DNA of 64,000 bases from Fibrobacteria bacterium (lineage in GTDB: Bacteria; Fibrobacterota; Fibrobacteria; UBA11236). The notes under the pieces were generated by a model, which made no database searches, was not told the origin of the DNA, and saw nothing but the letters and a program-made list of their open reading frames with translations. Made by a program: the position numbers and the translations under genes. Below, piece after piece: positions 54,650 to 64,000 of the stretch. Numbering within the stretch: position 1 is the stretch's first letter; each line of letters starts with the position of its first letter. The stretch spans positions 9,272 through 73,271 of the forward strand of contig JBJHDK010000004.1 in assembly GCA_050486505.1 (NCBI GenBank), given 5' to 3'.

Positions 54650-55245
54650 GTTTCTCCCGCCTTCGAAGTCACGACGACATAATACGTTCTGGCAATGCCC
54701 GGGAGCACATAGGGATGGTTTTCCACATCCTCGTAACCCGGCGGCACATCGTGGCACATCTCCGCCTTGAATGTCATGAACTGGCCTTGCGGCTTCAGCA
54801 TCTTGTAGGCCAGCTTTGCGTCGCGCGTGAACTCTCCGAAAGCACGGCAGCAGACCACGTCCATGTGGGAGAGGTACACGCGTTCCACGCGCTCGGCAAG
54901 AATATGGAAGTTCGGGATGCGAACCTCGCGAATGATCTCCTGCATCAGGGCGCACTTTTTCTGATTGGGCTCGATGGCGAAGAAATCGATGTCGGGGCAT
55001 GCGATCGCCAATGGCAACGAAGGAAGACCCGGGCCCGCACCCATGTCTGCAAGCTTGTTCACCTCGTTGAAGAACGGGATCAACTGCAGCGAGTCAACGA
55101 TGTGGCGCTCCCAGATCAGCGCCTCATCCTGCTGGCTGACAAGGTTCAGGTTCCTGTTCCAGCGTTTGTAAATCCCTTCAAGCGTCCGGAGTTTCTTCTG
55201 GATTTTGGCATCAAGCGTGGAGGGATCAAACAGGAGACCATTCAT
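54646..55245 (-). CDS. rsmG: 16S rRNA m7G527 methyltransferase
   Basis: WNRNLNLV, HIVDSL, DMGAGPGLP and RAF. Lies upstream of parAB. Confidence 0.92.
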   Translation of the reverse strand: MNGLLFDPSTLDAKIQKKLRTLEGIYKRWNRNLNLVSQQDEALIWERHIVDSLQLIPFFNEVNKLADMGAGPGLPSLPLAIACPDIDFFAIEPNQKKCALMQEIIREVRIPNFHILAERVERVYLSHMDVVCCRAFGEFTRDAKLAYKMLKPQGQFMTFKAEMCHDVPPGYEDVENHPYVLPGIARTYYVVVTSKAGET

Positions 55246-55343
55246 AGTCCGCTAAATTTACCACAAGGTTTTGCGCTTTCAAGGAAAATGTAAGCGCGGG
55301 CCGCCACCCCCGACTCCTGATGGTCGCGCAGGATTCCCGGACA

Positions 55344-55359
55344 TGTTTCACGTGAAACA
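55344..55359. promoter_or_regulatory. parS site 1
   Basis: Exact consensus TGTTTCACGTGAAACA next to parAB. Confidence 0.93.
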
Positions 55360-55413
55360 TGGGGTTAATCCGGACGCCTCGATGACGTACTGTTTTGCTG
55401 GTACCCCGGTCGA

Positions 55414-55429
55414 TGTTTCACGTGAAACA
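55414..55429. promoter_or_regulatory. parS site 2
   Basis: Exact consensus TGTTTCACGTGAAACA within a 32-bp perfect palindrome at 55406-55437. Confidence 0.93.
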
Positions 55430-55448
55430 TCGACCGGAAGCGGGCAGG

Positions 55449-57254
55449 TTATTCCTTGTCCATCGACAAAACCGCCAAAAACGCCTCTTGGGGGATTTCC
55501 ACCGTTCCCACGGCCTTCATCCGCTTTTTGCCCTCTTTCTGCTTTTCGAGGAGCTTCCGTTTGCGGGTGATGTCACCGCCATAGCACTTCGCGGTGACGT
55601 TTTTGCGCAGGGCCTTGACCATGCTTCTGGAAATGACGCGGCCGCCAATCGCGGCCTGGATCGCGACTTCGAACATCTGCTGCGGGATCAGCTCCTTAAG
55701 CTTGGAACACAAGGCATTTCCCCAGGTATACGCCTTGTCCCGGTGGATGATGACCGAGAACGCGTCGACGGGCTCGCCGTTCAGGAGAATATCCAGTTTG
55801 ACCAGATTCCCCTTGCGGTACCCCATGGGTTCATAGTCGAACGAAGCGTACCCCTTGCTCACGGACTTAAGCTTGTCGAAAAAATCGAACATGATTTCGC
55901 CCAGGGGGAACTCGTAGGAAAGCGTCACCTTGTCGGGAGTCAGATACTCCATGTGGACATAGACCCCGCGCTTTTCCTCTGCCAGCTGCATCACACCGCC
56001 CACATACTCCTTGGGGAGGATGATCTGCGATTTAACGAATGGCTCCTCGATGCTGTCATAGCGGCCGGAATCAGGGAGTTTACTGGGGTTCTCGATCGTG
56101 ATCGCCTCTCCGCCGGGGAGATTGACGTGGTACTCCACGTTGGGGACCGTGGAAATCACGTTCATGTCGAACTCGCGGTCGAGGCGCTCCCGGACCACTT
56201 CCATGTGCAGCAGCCCGAGAAATCCGACACGGTACCCGAAGCCAAGGGCCTGCGAGGTTTCGGGCTGCCACGAAAGGGCCGAGTCGTTCAGGGCGAGCTT
56301 CTCCAACGCATCGCGCAAGTCTTCGAAATCGTTCGAATCCACGGGATAGATCCCCGCAAACACCATCGGTTTGATTTCCTTGTATCCCTTCCAGGGCGCT
56401 GCAGGCGGACGGGCAGGATCGAACACCGTGTCCCCGATTTTGGTGTCCTTAACATTCTTGATGTTCGCGATGAGGTAGCCGACCTCGCCGGCCGCCAATG
56501 AATCTGTCGGAACCCGCTCCATCGTCAGGTAGCCGATGTCGGTGGCGTCGTATTCCTTGCCGGTGGCCCACATCTTGATCGCGGCCTTGTGCTTCAGGAT
56601 CCCTTCGAAAACCCGGATAAAAGCGATGGCTCCCCGGTATGAGTCGAATTTCGAGTCGAAAATCAGGGCGCGCAGGGGAAGATTTCGCTCGCCTTTCGGC
56701 GGGGGGATGTCCTCGACCACGCGATCCAGCAACTCCGCGACCCCGATCCCTTCCTTGGCGGAAACCCGCGGGATCCTGTCGGGATCATATCCCAACAGCT
56801 CCCCCAGGCTTTCCGCGATATCGTCCGGATGCGCGGAGGGAAGGTCGATTTTATTCAAAATCGGCAGAACGGTCAAATTATTGTCAATTGCTAGGTAGAG
56901 GTTGCTGAGGGTTTGCGCTTCGATCCCCTGGGTCGCATCAACAACCAGGATTGCCCCCTCACAAGCGGCAAGGCTGCGGGACACCTCGTAGGTGAAATCC
57001 ACGTGCCCTGGGGTATCGATGAGGTTCAGGAAGTAGTCCTGCCCTTGGTACTGGTGCCGCATGCGGATTGCATGCGACTTGATCGTGATGCCCCGTTCGC
57101 GCTCCAGTTCCATGTCATCGAGCACCTGTGCCTGCATTTTTTGACGGGTGATCGTCCCTGTGGCTTCGAGCATGCGGTCGGCGAGCGTGGACTTACCGTG
57201 GTCGATGTGCGCGATGATGCAGAAGTTGCGGATTTTGTCGGCGTCAGGGCGCAT
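55449..57254 (-). CDS. lepA: Elongation factor 4
   Basis: [35 protein letters not shown] and [25 protein letters not shown]. Confidence 0.97.
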   Translation of the reverse strand: MRPDADKIRNFCIIAHIDHGKSTLADRMLEATGTITRQKMQAQVLDDMELERERGITIKSHAIRMRHQYQGQDYFLNLIDTPGHVDFTYEVSRSLAACEGAILVVDATQGIEAQTLSNLYLAIDNNLTVLPILNKIDLPSAHPDDIAESLGELLGYDPDRIPRVSAKEGIGVAELLDRVVEDIPPPKGERNLPLRALIFDSKFDSYRGAIAFIRVFEGILKHKAAIKMWATGKEYDATDIGYLTMERVPTDSLAAGEVGYLIANIKNVKDTKIGDTVFDPARPPAAPWKGYKEIKPMVFAGIYPVDSNDFEDLRDALEKLALNDSALSWQPETSQALGFGYRVGFLGLLHMEVVRERLDREFDMNVISTVPNVEYHVNLPGGEAITIENPSKLPDSGRYDSIEEPFVKSQIILPKEYVGGVMQLAEEKRGVYVHMEYLTPDKVTLSYEFPLGEIMFDFFDKLKSVSKGYASFDYEPMGYRKGNLVKLDILLNGEPVDAFSVIIHRDKAYTWGNALCSKLKELIPQQMFEVAIQAAIGGRVISRSMVKALRKNVTAKCYGGDITRKRKLLEKQKEGKKRMKAVGTVEIPQEAFLAVLSMDKE

Positions 57255-57392
57255 GGGCTTCCCGGGAAAAGGCGAAAGCCATTAAAAATAGGTATGTCCA
57301 TGAATGTTCGCGAAAGAATCGCGCCTTGCCTGTTTTTGTATAATTCCGAACCGATTTTTCAATCTTGAAACGGTTACGTCGTTGAGGATCCG

Positions 57393-57950
57393 ATGAAGAC
57401 AACCGCAATTCTGTGCAGCCTTCTGGCCCTGCTTGCCGCACCGCTCGCTCCCCGCGCCCAGGAAGCAGGGCAGCCTGTTCGGGCCTTCGAACGCGATTAC
57501 ACGGGAGTGGAAAGCATCCAGGCGGAGATTCACACGCACGAAGGCGTGATGACGTTCGAACTCGAATTCCGCGAAGCTCCCATGACTGTCGCCAATTTCC
57601 TGCACCTCATTGATTCGGGCTTTTACGACGGGCTGATCTTCCATCGCGTCATCCACGGTTTCATGGTGCAAGGCGGAGACCCCAAGGGCGACGGCTCGGG
57701 CGGCCCCGGATACGTGATCCCTGACGAAATCTCCCCAACGCTTACGCACGAGACCGGAACCCTTTCGATGGCCAATGCCGGCCCGGGAACCGGCGGCTCG
57801 CAATTCTTCATCTGCCATACGCCGCAGCCCCACCTCAACGGCCGGCACGCCATCTTCGGCCGCATGGTCTCGGGGTACGACGTGGTGACGCGCATCGAGC
57901 GCGGTGATCCGATCCTCGCGATCAGGATCACGGAAACCAAAACGCCTTAA
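57393..57950 (+). CDS. Exported cyclophilin-type peptidyl-prolyl isomerase
   Basis: Signal peptide; FYDGLIFHRVI, QGGDP, SMANAGP and GSQFFI. Confidence 0.93.
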   Translation: MKTTAILCSLLALLAAPLAPRAQEAGQPVRAFERDYTGVESIQAEIHTHEGVMTFELEFREAPMTVANFLHLIDSGFYDGLIFHRVIHGFMVQGGDPKGDGSGGPGYVIPDEISPTLTHETGTLSMANAGPGTGGSQFFICHTPQPHLNGRHAIFGRMVSGYDVVTRIERGDPILAIRITETKTP

Positions 57951-57995
57951 ACGCAAGAAAGGCGGGTTCGCCACAGCGCGTCCGCATTCACACCG

Positions 57996-58877
57996 GTGAA
58001 AAAAAACAAACCCATTGCCAAGCCTTCGAAGAAACCCTCGGCGAAGAAGGCTGTGAAGCCAAAGAAGGCGGCCGCCAAGCCGGCGGCAAAAACGACCAAG
58101 GCAAAAAAACCGGCAGCAGCCAAGACCCCTGCAAAGGCAAAGGCCAAGGCGACGAAACCCTTGAAGAAGCCGGCCACGCCCGCGAAGGCGAAAAGCACGG
58201 CGAAAACCGGGGCCGCAAAAACCTCGGCAGCTGCCGCGAAGAAAGCCGCTGCATCCACGAAGCCGGCCAAGGCTCCCAAGCCCGCGCCTGCCCCGAAGGA
58301 ACCGGCCAAGGGCAGGAAGGAAAAAACGGAGCAGCCCAAGGCCTCCAAGCCAGAAAAAACTCCCAAAGCCTCGAAGGCAAGCGCGAAAACCGACATGAAG
58401 CCGCAAATGGCCACTGTCGAAGCGCAGACGGACATCGAGAGCGGTTTCAAGCGGCCGGCCAAACCGTTTTTCACGGAAGTCAAGCCCGGCATGGAGCGGG
58501 TGATCAAGCGTGGAGACAAGTCTGCCGCCTCTCCCGTGATCGACCTGCAGGCCCGCCGCAAGGGCCCCGCCACCGAAGAAAGCGCCGAAGAACTTGCGGA
58601 GCGCATCGAACGCGAACTGCAAAGCCAGTCCTTCCTGAGGCGCAACCGCATGCGCCCGCAGATGTGCACCAAGTGCGGCATCAATGCCGTTTCATCACGA
58701 TTCACGATCGACCGCGAACTCGCCTATTGCGAGATCTGCGCCGAAATCCTCCACCTTGGAGAAACCAAGGAGGCGCGTCGCATGGAAATCAGCCTCGCGC
58801 CAAAAAGCGACGATGACGAAGGCGGCGACACGAACGGAAACGGCGATGACGAAGCCATCCCCGAGGATGTCGACTAG
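57996..58877 (+). CDS. Histone-H1-like Lys/Ala/Pro-rich protein with a C4 zinc finger and acidic tail
   Basis: About 130 aa of K/A/P repeats, then CTKC-x17-CEIC, then a D/E-rich C-terminus. Confidence 0.75.
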   Translation: MKKNKPIAKPSKKPSAKKAVKPKKAAAKPAAKTTKAKKPAAAKTPAKAKAKATKPLKKPATPAKAKSTAKTGAAKTSAAAAKKAAASTKPAKAPKPAPAPKEPAKGRKEKTEQPKASKPEKTPKASKASAKTDMKPQMATVEAQTDIESGFKRPAKPFFTEVKPGMERVIKRGDKSAASPVIDLQARRKGPATEESAEELAERIERELQSQSFLRRNRMRPQMCTKCGINAVSSRFTIDRELAYCEICAEILHLGETKEARRMEISLAPKSDDDEGGDTNGNGDDEAIPEDVD

Positions 58878-58923
58878 AGCCTCCAGGGTTTGCCACAGGC
58901 ACACCGCCTGACCTGAACTTCAC

Positions 58924-59946
58924 ATGACTCCCCGACGCGATCACGGGCTGGACGCGCTCAGGACACTGGCGGTCGCGGCAATGATGGCGGCCCACACCGC
59001 GCGTCTTGTCACGACAGAAGCCCGCCCGGAGTGGCTCAGCGGCGTGCTCCTGTACGAGCCGCTCATCCCCTCGTTGTTCCTTTTTCTGGTGGGCGTCTCG
59101 CTCACGCACTCCCTTGCGCGCGCGCGCGACCGCCGCGATTGGCTGTCGCGTCAGGGGCGCAGGGCTGTGATGCTGTGGATGATCTCGGCGCTGTTCTTCG
59201 CCCTGGAGCACGGGATCCGGAGTCCCGACATGCTGACAGCCAGCGGAATCCTGGCAAACATCGCTTACGCTGTCGCGATCACCGGGACGCTTCTGGTCGC
59301 ACCGCGCAAGCGGCTTGCGCTCACCCTCGCGTTGCTCGCCGGAGCGGCCGCCTTCGTGATCCTCGACTTCGGGGAAATCGCCGTCTTCGCAGTGAACGCA
59401 GGGAATGCCCCCTTCCTGCCCCTCTGGTTGTTCGCCATCGCCGGAGCCTTGTGCGGGCTCATGTCCGCGCGCCTGCTCACGATTGCAAGCGCAATCACGC
59501 TCGGCGTCGGCGCCTTCATCGCCCTGCGCGCCGGATTGCACGATCTGTTTACGGCTCCACTGGGACGGAGCGACGCCAGCCGCTTGCTGCCCGCCCCGCT
59601 CACGGGAGGGGAGCCACTGCACGTGCGCTACTACAATTTTCGCACCCCGCTGGTGCTCTTCTGCCTCGGCGCGCACATGGCGTCGCTCACAGCCTTGCGA
59701 CGCCTCCTCCGCGACACTCCGGAGCGCCTCGCAAGCCATGTCTTTTCCATCGGACGCCATGCGCTCGGTGCCTACATCCTGCACCTTGCCCTGTTGGCCG
59801 CGCTGGTTGTGGCGGGGGGCCCCCGCCCCCTTCACACGCCCTGGCAGGGGAACCTGGTCGTCGTAACCGTCGTCGGAATCTGCCTGATTTGGTCAATTTG
59901 GAGAGAAAACCGAATCCGGGCCAAAAATATCGATACATCGCGATAA
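58924..59946 (+). CDS. DUF1624 / HGSNAT-like membrane acyltransferase
   Basis: R...LDALRTLAV..M..AH, FLFLVGVS and IGRHALGAYILH. Multi-pass membrane protein. Confidence 0.72.
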   Translation: MTPRRDHGLDALRTLAVAAMMAAHTARLVTTEARPEWLSGVLLYEPLIPSLFLFLVGVSLTHSLARARDRRDWLSRQGRRAVMLWMISALFFALEHGIRSPDMLTASGILANIAYAVAITGTLLVAPRKRLALTLALLAGAAAFVILDFGEIAVFAVNAGNAPFLPLWLFAIAGALCGLMSARLLTIASAITLGVGAFIALRAGLHDLFTAPLGRSDASRLLPAPLTGGEPLHVRYYNFRTPLVLFCLGAHMASLTALRRLLRDTPERLASHVFSIGRHALGAYILHLALLAALVVAGGPRPLHTPWQGNLVVVTVVGICLIWSIWRENRIRAKNIDTSR

Positions 59947-60006
59947 AACGATGTATCGCCCCGGACATCTTTCTAAATTATGCGGCCGCACAAAAGGAGT
60001 TCTTTC

Positions 60007-61212
60007 ATGGCAAAGCATTTGTTCACTTCCGAATCCGTTTCGATGGGCCACCCCGACAAGATGGCCGACCAGATTTCCGATTCGATCCTCGACTCGATGC
60101 TTGAGCAGGATCCCAAGTCGCGGGTTGCCTGCGAAACGATGATCACGACCGGCCTCGTCGTCGTCGCCGGCGAGATCACCACCAAGGCCAACGTCGACTT
60201 CCAGCAGGTCATCCGCGATGCGGTGCACCGCACCGGCTACGATGATGCACTGAAGGGCTTCGATTACAAGACATGCGGCGTCATGGTGGCGCTCGACAAG
60301 CAAAGTCCCGACATTTCCCAGGGCGTGAGCGAAGGCGAAGGCCTCTTCAAGGAACAAGGCGCCGGCGACCAGGGCATGATGTTCGGCTATGCGGTGCGCG
60401 AGACCGACGTGCTCATGCCCATGCCCATCCACCTTTCGCACCGCCTGATGGAGCGCCTCGCGCAACTGCGGCAGAACGACACGCTCGGCTGGCTTCGCCC
60501 CGACTCGAAGTCGCAGGTGACGATCGAATACGTCGACGGCAAGGCCGCCCGTGTCGACACCGTCGTCATTTCGACGCAGCACGACGAGAAGGTCGACCAC
60601 GCCACCATCGAGCGCGAGGTCATCGAGAAGTGCGTCAAGCAAATCATCCCCGGCAACCTGCTCGACGGGAACACGCGTTACCTGATCAACCCCACCGGTC
60701 GCTTCGTCGTGGGCGGCCCCATGGGCGACTGCGGCCTGACCGGCCGCAAGATCATCGTCGACACCTACGGCGGCATGGGCCGCCATGGCGGCGGCGCCTT
60801 CTCGGGCAAGGACGCCTCCAAGGTCGACCGCTCCGCCGCCTACGCCACACGCTACGTGGCGAAGAACATCGTCGCCGCCGGTCTGGCCGACCGTTGCGAG
60901 GTGCAGGTTGCCTATGCCATCGGGTACCCCAAGCCCGTGTCCATCTTCGTGGACACCTTCGGCACGGGACGCCTCCCGGCCGAGACACTGGAAGATTTGG
61001 TGCGCGAGCACTTCGACCTGACACCCGCCGGCATCGTGCGCACGCTCGATCTGTTGAAGCCCCGCTTCAAGGAAACCGCCGTGCACGGTCACTTCGGGCG
61101 CACGGGCGAAGCCTTCACCTGGGAGCGCACCGACAAGGCAGCAGCCCTGCGTGAAGCTGGCGAAAAACAACTCAAGGCCGGAACCAAGCTGCCGGAGCTG
61201 GTGCTGGCATAA
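60007..61212 (+). CDS. metK: S-adenosylmethionine synthetase
   Basis: [33 protein letters not shown] and GGGAFSGKD. Confidence 0.97.
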   Translation: MAKHLFTSESVSMGHPDKMADQISDSILDSMLEQDPKSRVACETMITTGLVVVAGEITTKANVDFQQVIRDAVHRTGYDDALKGFDYKTCGVMVALDKQSPDISQGVSEGEGLFKEQGAGDQGMMFGYAVRETDVLMPMPIHLSHRLMERLAQLRQNDTLGWLRPDSKSQVTIEYVDGKAARVDTVVISTQHDEKVDHATIEREVIEKCVKQIIPGNLLDGNTRYLINPTGRFVVGGPMGDCGLTGRKIIVDTYGGMGRHGGGAFSGKDASKVDRSAAYATRYVAKNIVAAGLADRCEVQVAYAIGYPKPVSIFVDTFGTGRLPAETLEDLVREHFDLTPAGIVRTLDLLKPRFKETAVHGHFGRTGEAFTWERTDKAAALREAGEKQLKAGTKLPELVLA

Positions 61213-61214
61213 CA

Positions 61215-61411
61215 CCCCTCCCCGAAGGGGGAGAGGGATTGACACAATGAAGGGGCATCCGTCCAAGACGGCCCCCCAACCCGCAGGGTCGAGACGTGTC
61301 TCGACCTCTACACCGTAAGGGCGACCCGTCATCCCGGCGAAGGCCGGGAGGATCGCCCGCAGACGACCGCAAGGTATCAACACCACGTAGGGGCAAATCA
61401 TCATTTGCCCC
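61215..61411 (+). repeat. Cluster of about five palindromic REP-like hairpins between metK and ahcY
   Basis: CCCCTCCCCGAAGGGGGAGAGGG; GGGGCATCCGTCCAAGACGGCCCC; GGTCGAGACGTGTCTCGACC; GTAAGGGCGA..TCGCCC (61315-61358); GTAGGGGCAAATCATCATTTGCCCC (61387-61411). Confidence 0.7.
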
Positions 61412-61431
61412 CCACCACAGAGGAGCCAACC

Positions 61432-62886
61432 ATGTCCCCCACCACCACCGCTCCCGCGAAGAGCACCCCCAAATCCGCCGCCGCGAACGACTACAAGGTT
61501 CGCGACATCAGCCTTGCCGACTTCGGCCGCAAGGAAATCGAGATCGCCGAGCACGAAATGCCCGGCCTCATGGCGACCCGCGAGAAGTACGGCCCCCGCA
61601 AGCCGCTCGCGGGCGTGCGCATCACCGGCTCTCTGCACATGACCATCCAGACCGCGGTGCTGATCGAGACGTTGAAGTCGCTCGGCGCCGACGTGCGCTG
61701 GGCCTCGTGCAACATCTTCTCGACGCAGGATCACGCCGCCGCGGCCATCGCCGTGACCGGCACGCCCGTCTTCGCCTGGAAGGGCGAGACGCTGGAAGAG
61801 TACTGGGACTGCACCTGGAAAGCGATCTCCTTCCCCGACGGCAAGGGCCCCCAGCTGATCGTGGATGACGGCGGCGACGTGACCCTGCTCATTCACAAGG
61901 GCTACGAGATGGAGAAGGGTGACGACTGGGTGAACTCCCCGTCGGACAACCACGAGGTGAAGGTCATCAAGGATTTGCTGAAGAAGATCGGCAAGGAACA
62001 GCCGGGGATCTTCCAGGAAATCGTCAAGGACCTGAAGGGTGTCTCCGAGGAGACCACGACCGGTGTGCATCGCCTCTATGAAATGGCTCGCGCCGGCAAG
62101 CTGCTGTTCCCCGCCATCAACGTGAACGACAGCGTCACCAAGTCCAAGTTCGACAACCTGTACGGCTGCCGGCACTCTCTGGTGGACGGCCTGAACCGCG
62201 CCATGGACGTGATGATTTCGGGCAAGGTCGCCGTGGTGTGCGGTTACGGAGACGTCGGCAAGGGTTCCGCGCAATCGCTGCGCGGCCAGGGCGCCCAGGT
62301 CATCGTGACCGAGGTGGATCCCATCTGCGCGCTGCAAGCCGCGATGGAAGGCTACCGCGTGCTGACGGTTGAGGACACCCTTGGCATCGCCGACATCTAT
62401 GTCACCACGACCGGCAACAAAGACATCATCACCGCCGAGCACATGTCGAAGATGAAGGATCAGGCCATCGTCTGCAACATCGGTCACTTCGACAACGAAA
62501 TCCAGATCGACAAGCTCGCGAGCTTCCCGGGCGTGAAGCACGTGAACATCAAGCCGCAGGTGGACAAGTACACCTTCCCGACCGGGAACAGCATCTACAT
62601 GCTGGCCGAGGGCCGCCTGGTAAACCTGGGCTGCGCCACCGGGCACCCGAGCTTCGTGATGTCGAACTCCTTCACGAACCAGACCCTGGCGCAGATCGAG
62701 CTGTGGGCCACGCGCGACAAGCGCCCCGTCGGCGTGACCGTGCTGCCGAAAAAGCTCGACGAGGAAGTCGCGCGCCTGCACTTGGGCAAGATCGGCGCAA
62801 AGCTGACCGTGCTCTCGAAGGATCAGGCCGACTACATCGGCGTCCCCGTCGAAGGCCCGTACAAGCCCGAGCACTACCGGTACTGA
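61432..62886 (+). CDS. ahcY: Adenosylhomocysteinase
   Basis: [45 protein letters not shown] and [15 protein letters not shown] before ATG 61432. Confidence 0.97.
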   Translation: MSPTTTAPAKSTPKSAAANDYKVRDISLADFGRKEIEIAEHEMPGLMATREKYGPRKPLAGVRITGSLHMTIQTAVLIETLKSLGADVRWASCNIFSTQDHAAAAIAVTGTPVFAWKGETLEEYWDCTWKAISFPDGKGPQLIVDDGGDVTLLIHKGYEMEKGDDWVNSPSDNHEVKVIKDLLKKIGKEQPGIFQEIVKDLKGVSEETTTGVHRLYEMARAGKLLFPAINVNDSVTKSKFDNLYGCRHSLVDGLNRAMDVMISGKVAVVCGYGDVGKGSAQSLRGQGAQVIVTEVDPICALQAAMEGYRVLTVEDTLGIADIYVTTTGNKDIITAEHMSKMKDQAIVCNIGHFDNEIQIDKLASFPGVKHVNIKPQVDKYTFPTGNSIYMLAEGRLVNLGCATGHPSFVMSNSFTNQTLAQIELWATRDKRPVGVTVLPKKLDEEVARLHLGKIGAKLTVLSKDQADYIGVPVEGPYKPEHYRY

Positions 62887-62913
62887 TTTCGGGGGTTCCC
62901 TTCGGAATCGATC

Positions 62914-62945
62914 CAAAGCCCCTCCTCCGGAGGGGCTTTGTTTTT
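62914..62945 (+). terminator. Rho-independent terminator after ahcY
   Basis: CAAAGCCCCTCC-tcc-GGAGGGGCTTTG followed by TTTTT. Confidence 0.8.
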
Positions 62946-63090
62946 GGGAATTCCCGGTTTCTGCAATCAAATCGCGCAGATGACGCAGAGTCGCGAATTT
63001 TCTTTGTGGTCATAGGACGTCAACGCCGTATATATAGTCGTAGTCAAAAGGCATCTAGGCCTGCCCTGAACTTCCCTAGATTCGCCCCGC

Positions 63091-63537
63091 ATGGCAGAAA
63101 CTCCGAAGTGGAAACGCGTGGGAGAACGCATCGAAGCCCTGATTCGCATCAGGGGGTACAAGTCTGTCGAGCTTTTCGCGCATGAATGTGAAGTGGACAA
63201 GTCGGTGCTCAATCGGTTGATCCGGGGCAAACGCGAAGTCCGTCTCTCGACATTCCTCAAAATCCTCGACACGCTGGAAGTTTCGATCGCTGAGCTCTAC
63301 ACGCCTGGCAGCGGGGGCTTGGTCAGGGAGAAGGATCCTGCCGGAGAGGGAGCAAAACAGGGGAAAGCCAAACACCCTGAACGCGGCGGCAAAACCTACC
63401 GGTTCACGCGTGACGAGTTCGATCGCATCGAAGTGCGAAAAAGCAACCGCGACAAGAGTCCGGTCGTTCTGGAAGCTACGGGGAAAAAATCCAGAACGCT
63501 TTCGCTGCAGACCAAGACGTTCCGCATGGATCTCTGA
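63091..63537 (+). CDS. XRE/Cro-C1 HTH transcriptional regulator with an uncharacterised C-terminal part
   Basis: VGERIEAL, SVELFA..CEVDKSVLNRLIRGKREVRLSTFLKI..LEVSIAEL. Confidence 0.8.
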   Translation: MAETPKWKRVGERIEALIRIRGYKSVELFAHECEVDKSVLNRLIRGKREVRLSTFLKILDTLEVSIAELYTPGSGGLVREKDPAGEGAKQGKAKHPERGGKTYRFTRDEFDRIEVRKSNRDKSPVVLEATGKKSRTLSLQTKTFRMDL

Positions 63538-63556
63538 GGGACCCTCCGCGGGATCG

Positions 63557-63591
63557 CAACAAAAAACCCTCCGACGGAGGGTTTTTTGTTG
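63557..63591. terminator. Bidirectional terminator
   Basis: CAACAAAAAACCCTCCG-a-CGGAGGGTTTTTTGTTG. Confidence 0.85.
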
Positions 63592-63607
63592 GTGTGAACG
63601 CCGAGGC

Positions 63608-64000
63608 TCAGTAACTCTGCAAGCGCACACCCCAGATGATTCCGACCGCCATGCTTTCCTGCATGTTGTCGGCATCCCAGACATTCAGTGCCAGACGCAG
63701 GTCAAGCAGGCCGAGCATCGTGCCGATGGCGACACCCCAGCCAAGATTCGTTTCGTTGTCGATGGTCGTGCCGCCGAGAAGCGCCCGTCGCTCGATTTCG
63801 GTAAACACGTAGCCGCCTTCACCAGCCAGATAGAAGCTGTCGTCGGGCAGGATGTACTTGATGCCCAACATGAGGGGAATATGGGTCCGCTTGCGAACAT
63901 CGGCCTTCTCGGAATAGTAGAGGTAACCGGAACGAATACTGAAGGCCCAGCCGGGAAACGTGCCGCCTTCAAGAATTCCGAGGCCCCCGAAACCGCGCCC
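63608..64000 (-). CDS. Probable outer-membrane beta-barrel protein (3' part; start lies outside the window)
   Basis: Frame is open to the window edge: ..AFSIRSGYLYY..HIPLMLGIKY..FYLAGEGGYVF..NLGWGVAIG.. with amphipathic strands and an aromatic C-terminal residue. Confidence 0.6.
   Translation of the reverse strand, partial: GRGFGGLGILEGGTFPGWAFSIRSGYLYYSEKADVRKRTHIPLMLGIKYILPDDSFYLAGEGGYVFTEIERRALLGGTTIDNETNLGWGVAIGTMLGLLDLRLALNVWDADNMQESMAVGIIWGVRLQSY

Noticed and set aside
55246..55448. oriC
   Set aside because: No DnaA-box (TTATCCACA) cluster or AT-rich unwinding element is visible; only parS sites are supported.
59947..60006. SAM riboswitch upstream of metK
   Set aside because: The spacer is only 60 nt, contains a promoter-like TAAATT and an AGGAG SD, and lacks SAM-I core motifs.
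61213..61431. SAH riboswitch or CRISPR array upstream of ahcY
   Set aside because: No SAH core motif, the palindromes differ from each other with no constant repeat-spacer period, and no cas genes are present.

Overview
High-GC bacterial chromosomal window made up almost entirely of housekeeping genes, probably origin-proximal because it carries two consensus parS sites, rsmG-parA-parB and recF-dciA-gyrB. In order it contains: complex I nuoA-I, separated from nuoJ by a terminator and a Phd/VapC toxin-antitoxin pair, DoxX and trmL; a Hyi-family TIM barrel; a TPR protein; fused secDF; two tandem PAS-AraC paralogues divergent from ribD-ribE-ribBA-ribH-nusB; a seven-gene glycosylation cluster built around a DUF2723/TMEM260-like GT-C protein and a polyprenol-phosphate-mannose synthase; accA-trm112-TPR-accB-accC; dapA; argB and argC; a ferredoxin; recF-dciA-gyrB; the F1Fo ATP synthase operon; bactofilin and an M23 peptidase; parBA-rsmG; lepA; a cyclophilin; a histone-H1-like protein with a DksA-spaced Zn finger; metK-ahcY; an XRE regulator; and a partial beta-barrel gene. 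I recognised no rRNA, tRNA, CRISPR array, transposase or riboswitch. The best candidates for novelty are (1) a putative TMEM260-type protein O-mannosylation locus, (2) a possibly flavin-sensing PAS-AraC pair facing a riboswitch-less rib operon whose RibA domain is degenerate, (3) a recurring TAnnTT(TG) box 6-9 nt before SD-less start codons that suggests widespread leaderless mRNAs, (4) the histone-like Zn-finger protein, and (5) a GTAG REP-like family that supplies stop codons and coding sequence, plus a heptamer-repeat hairpin inside the nuo operon. An FCB-group lineage (perhaps Fibrobacterota-like) is a tentative inference only. All calls come from reading motifs by eye, and no searches were run.
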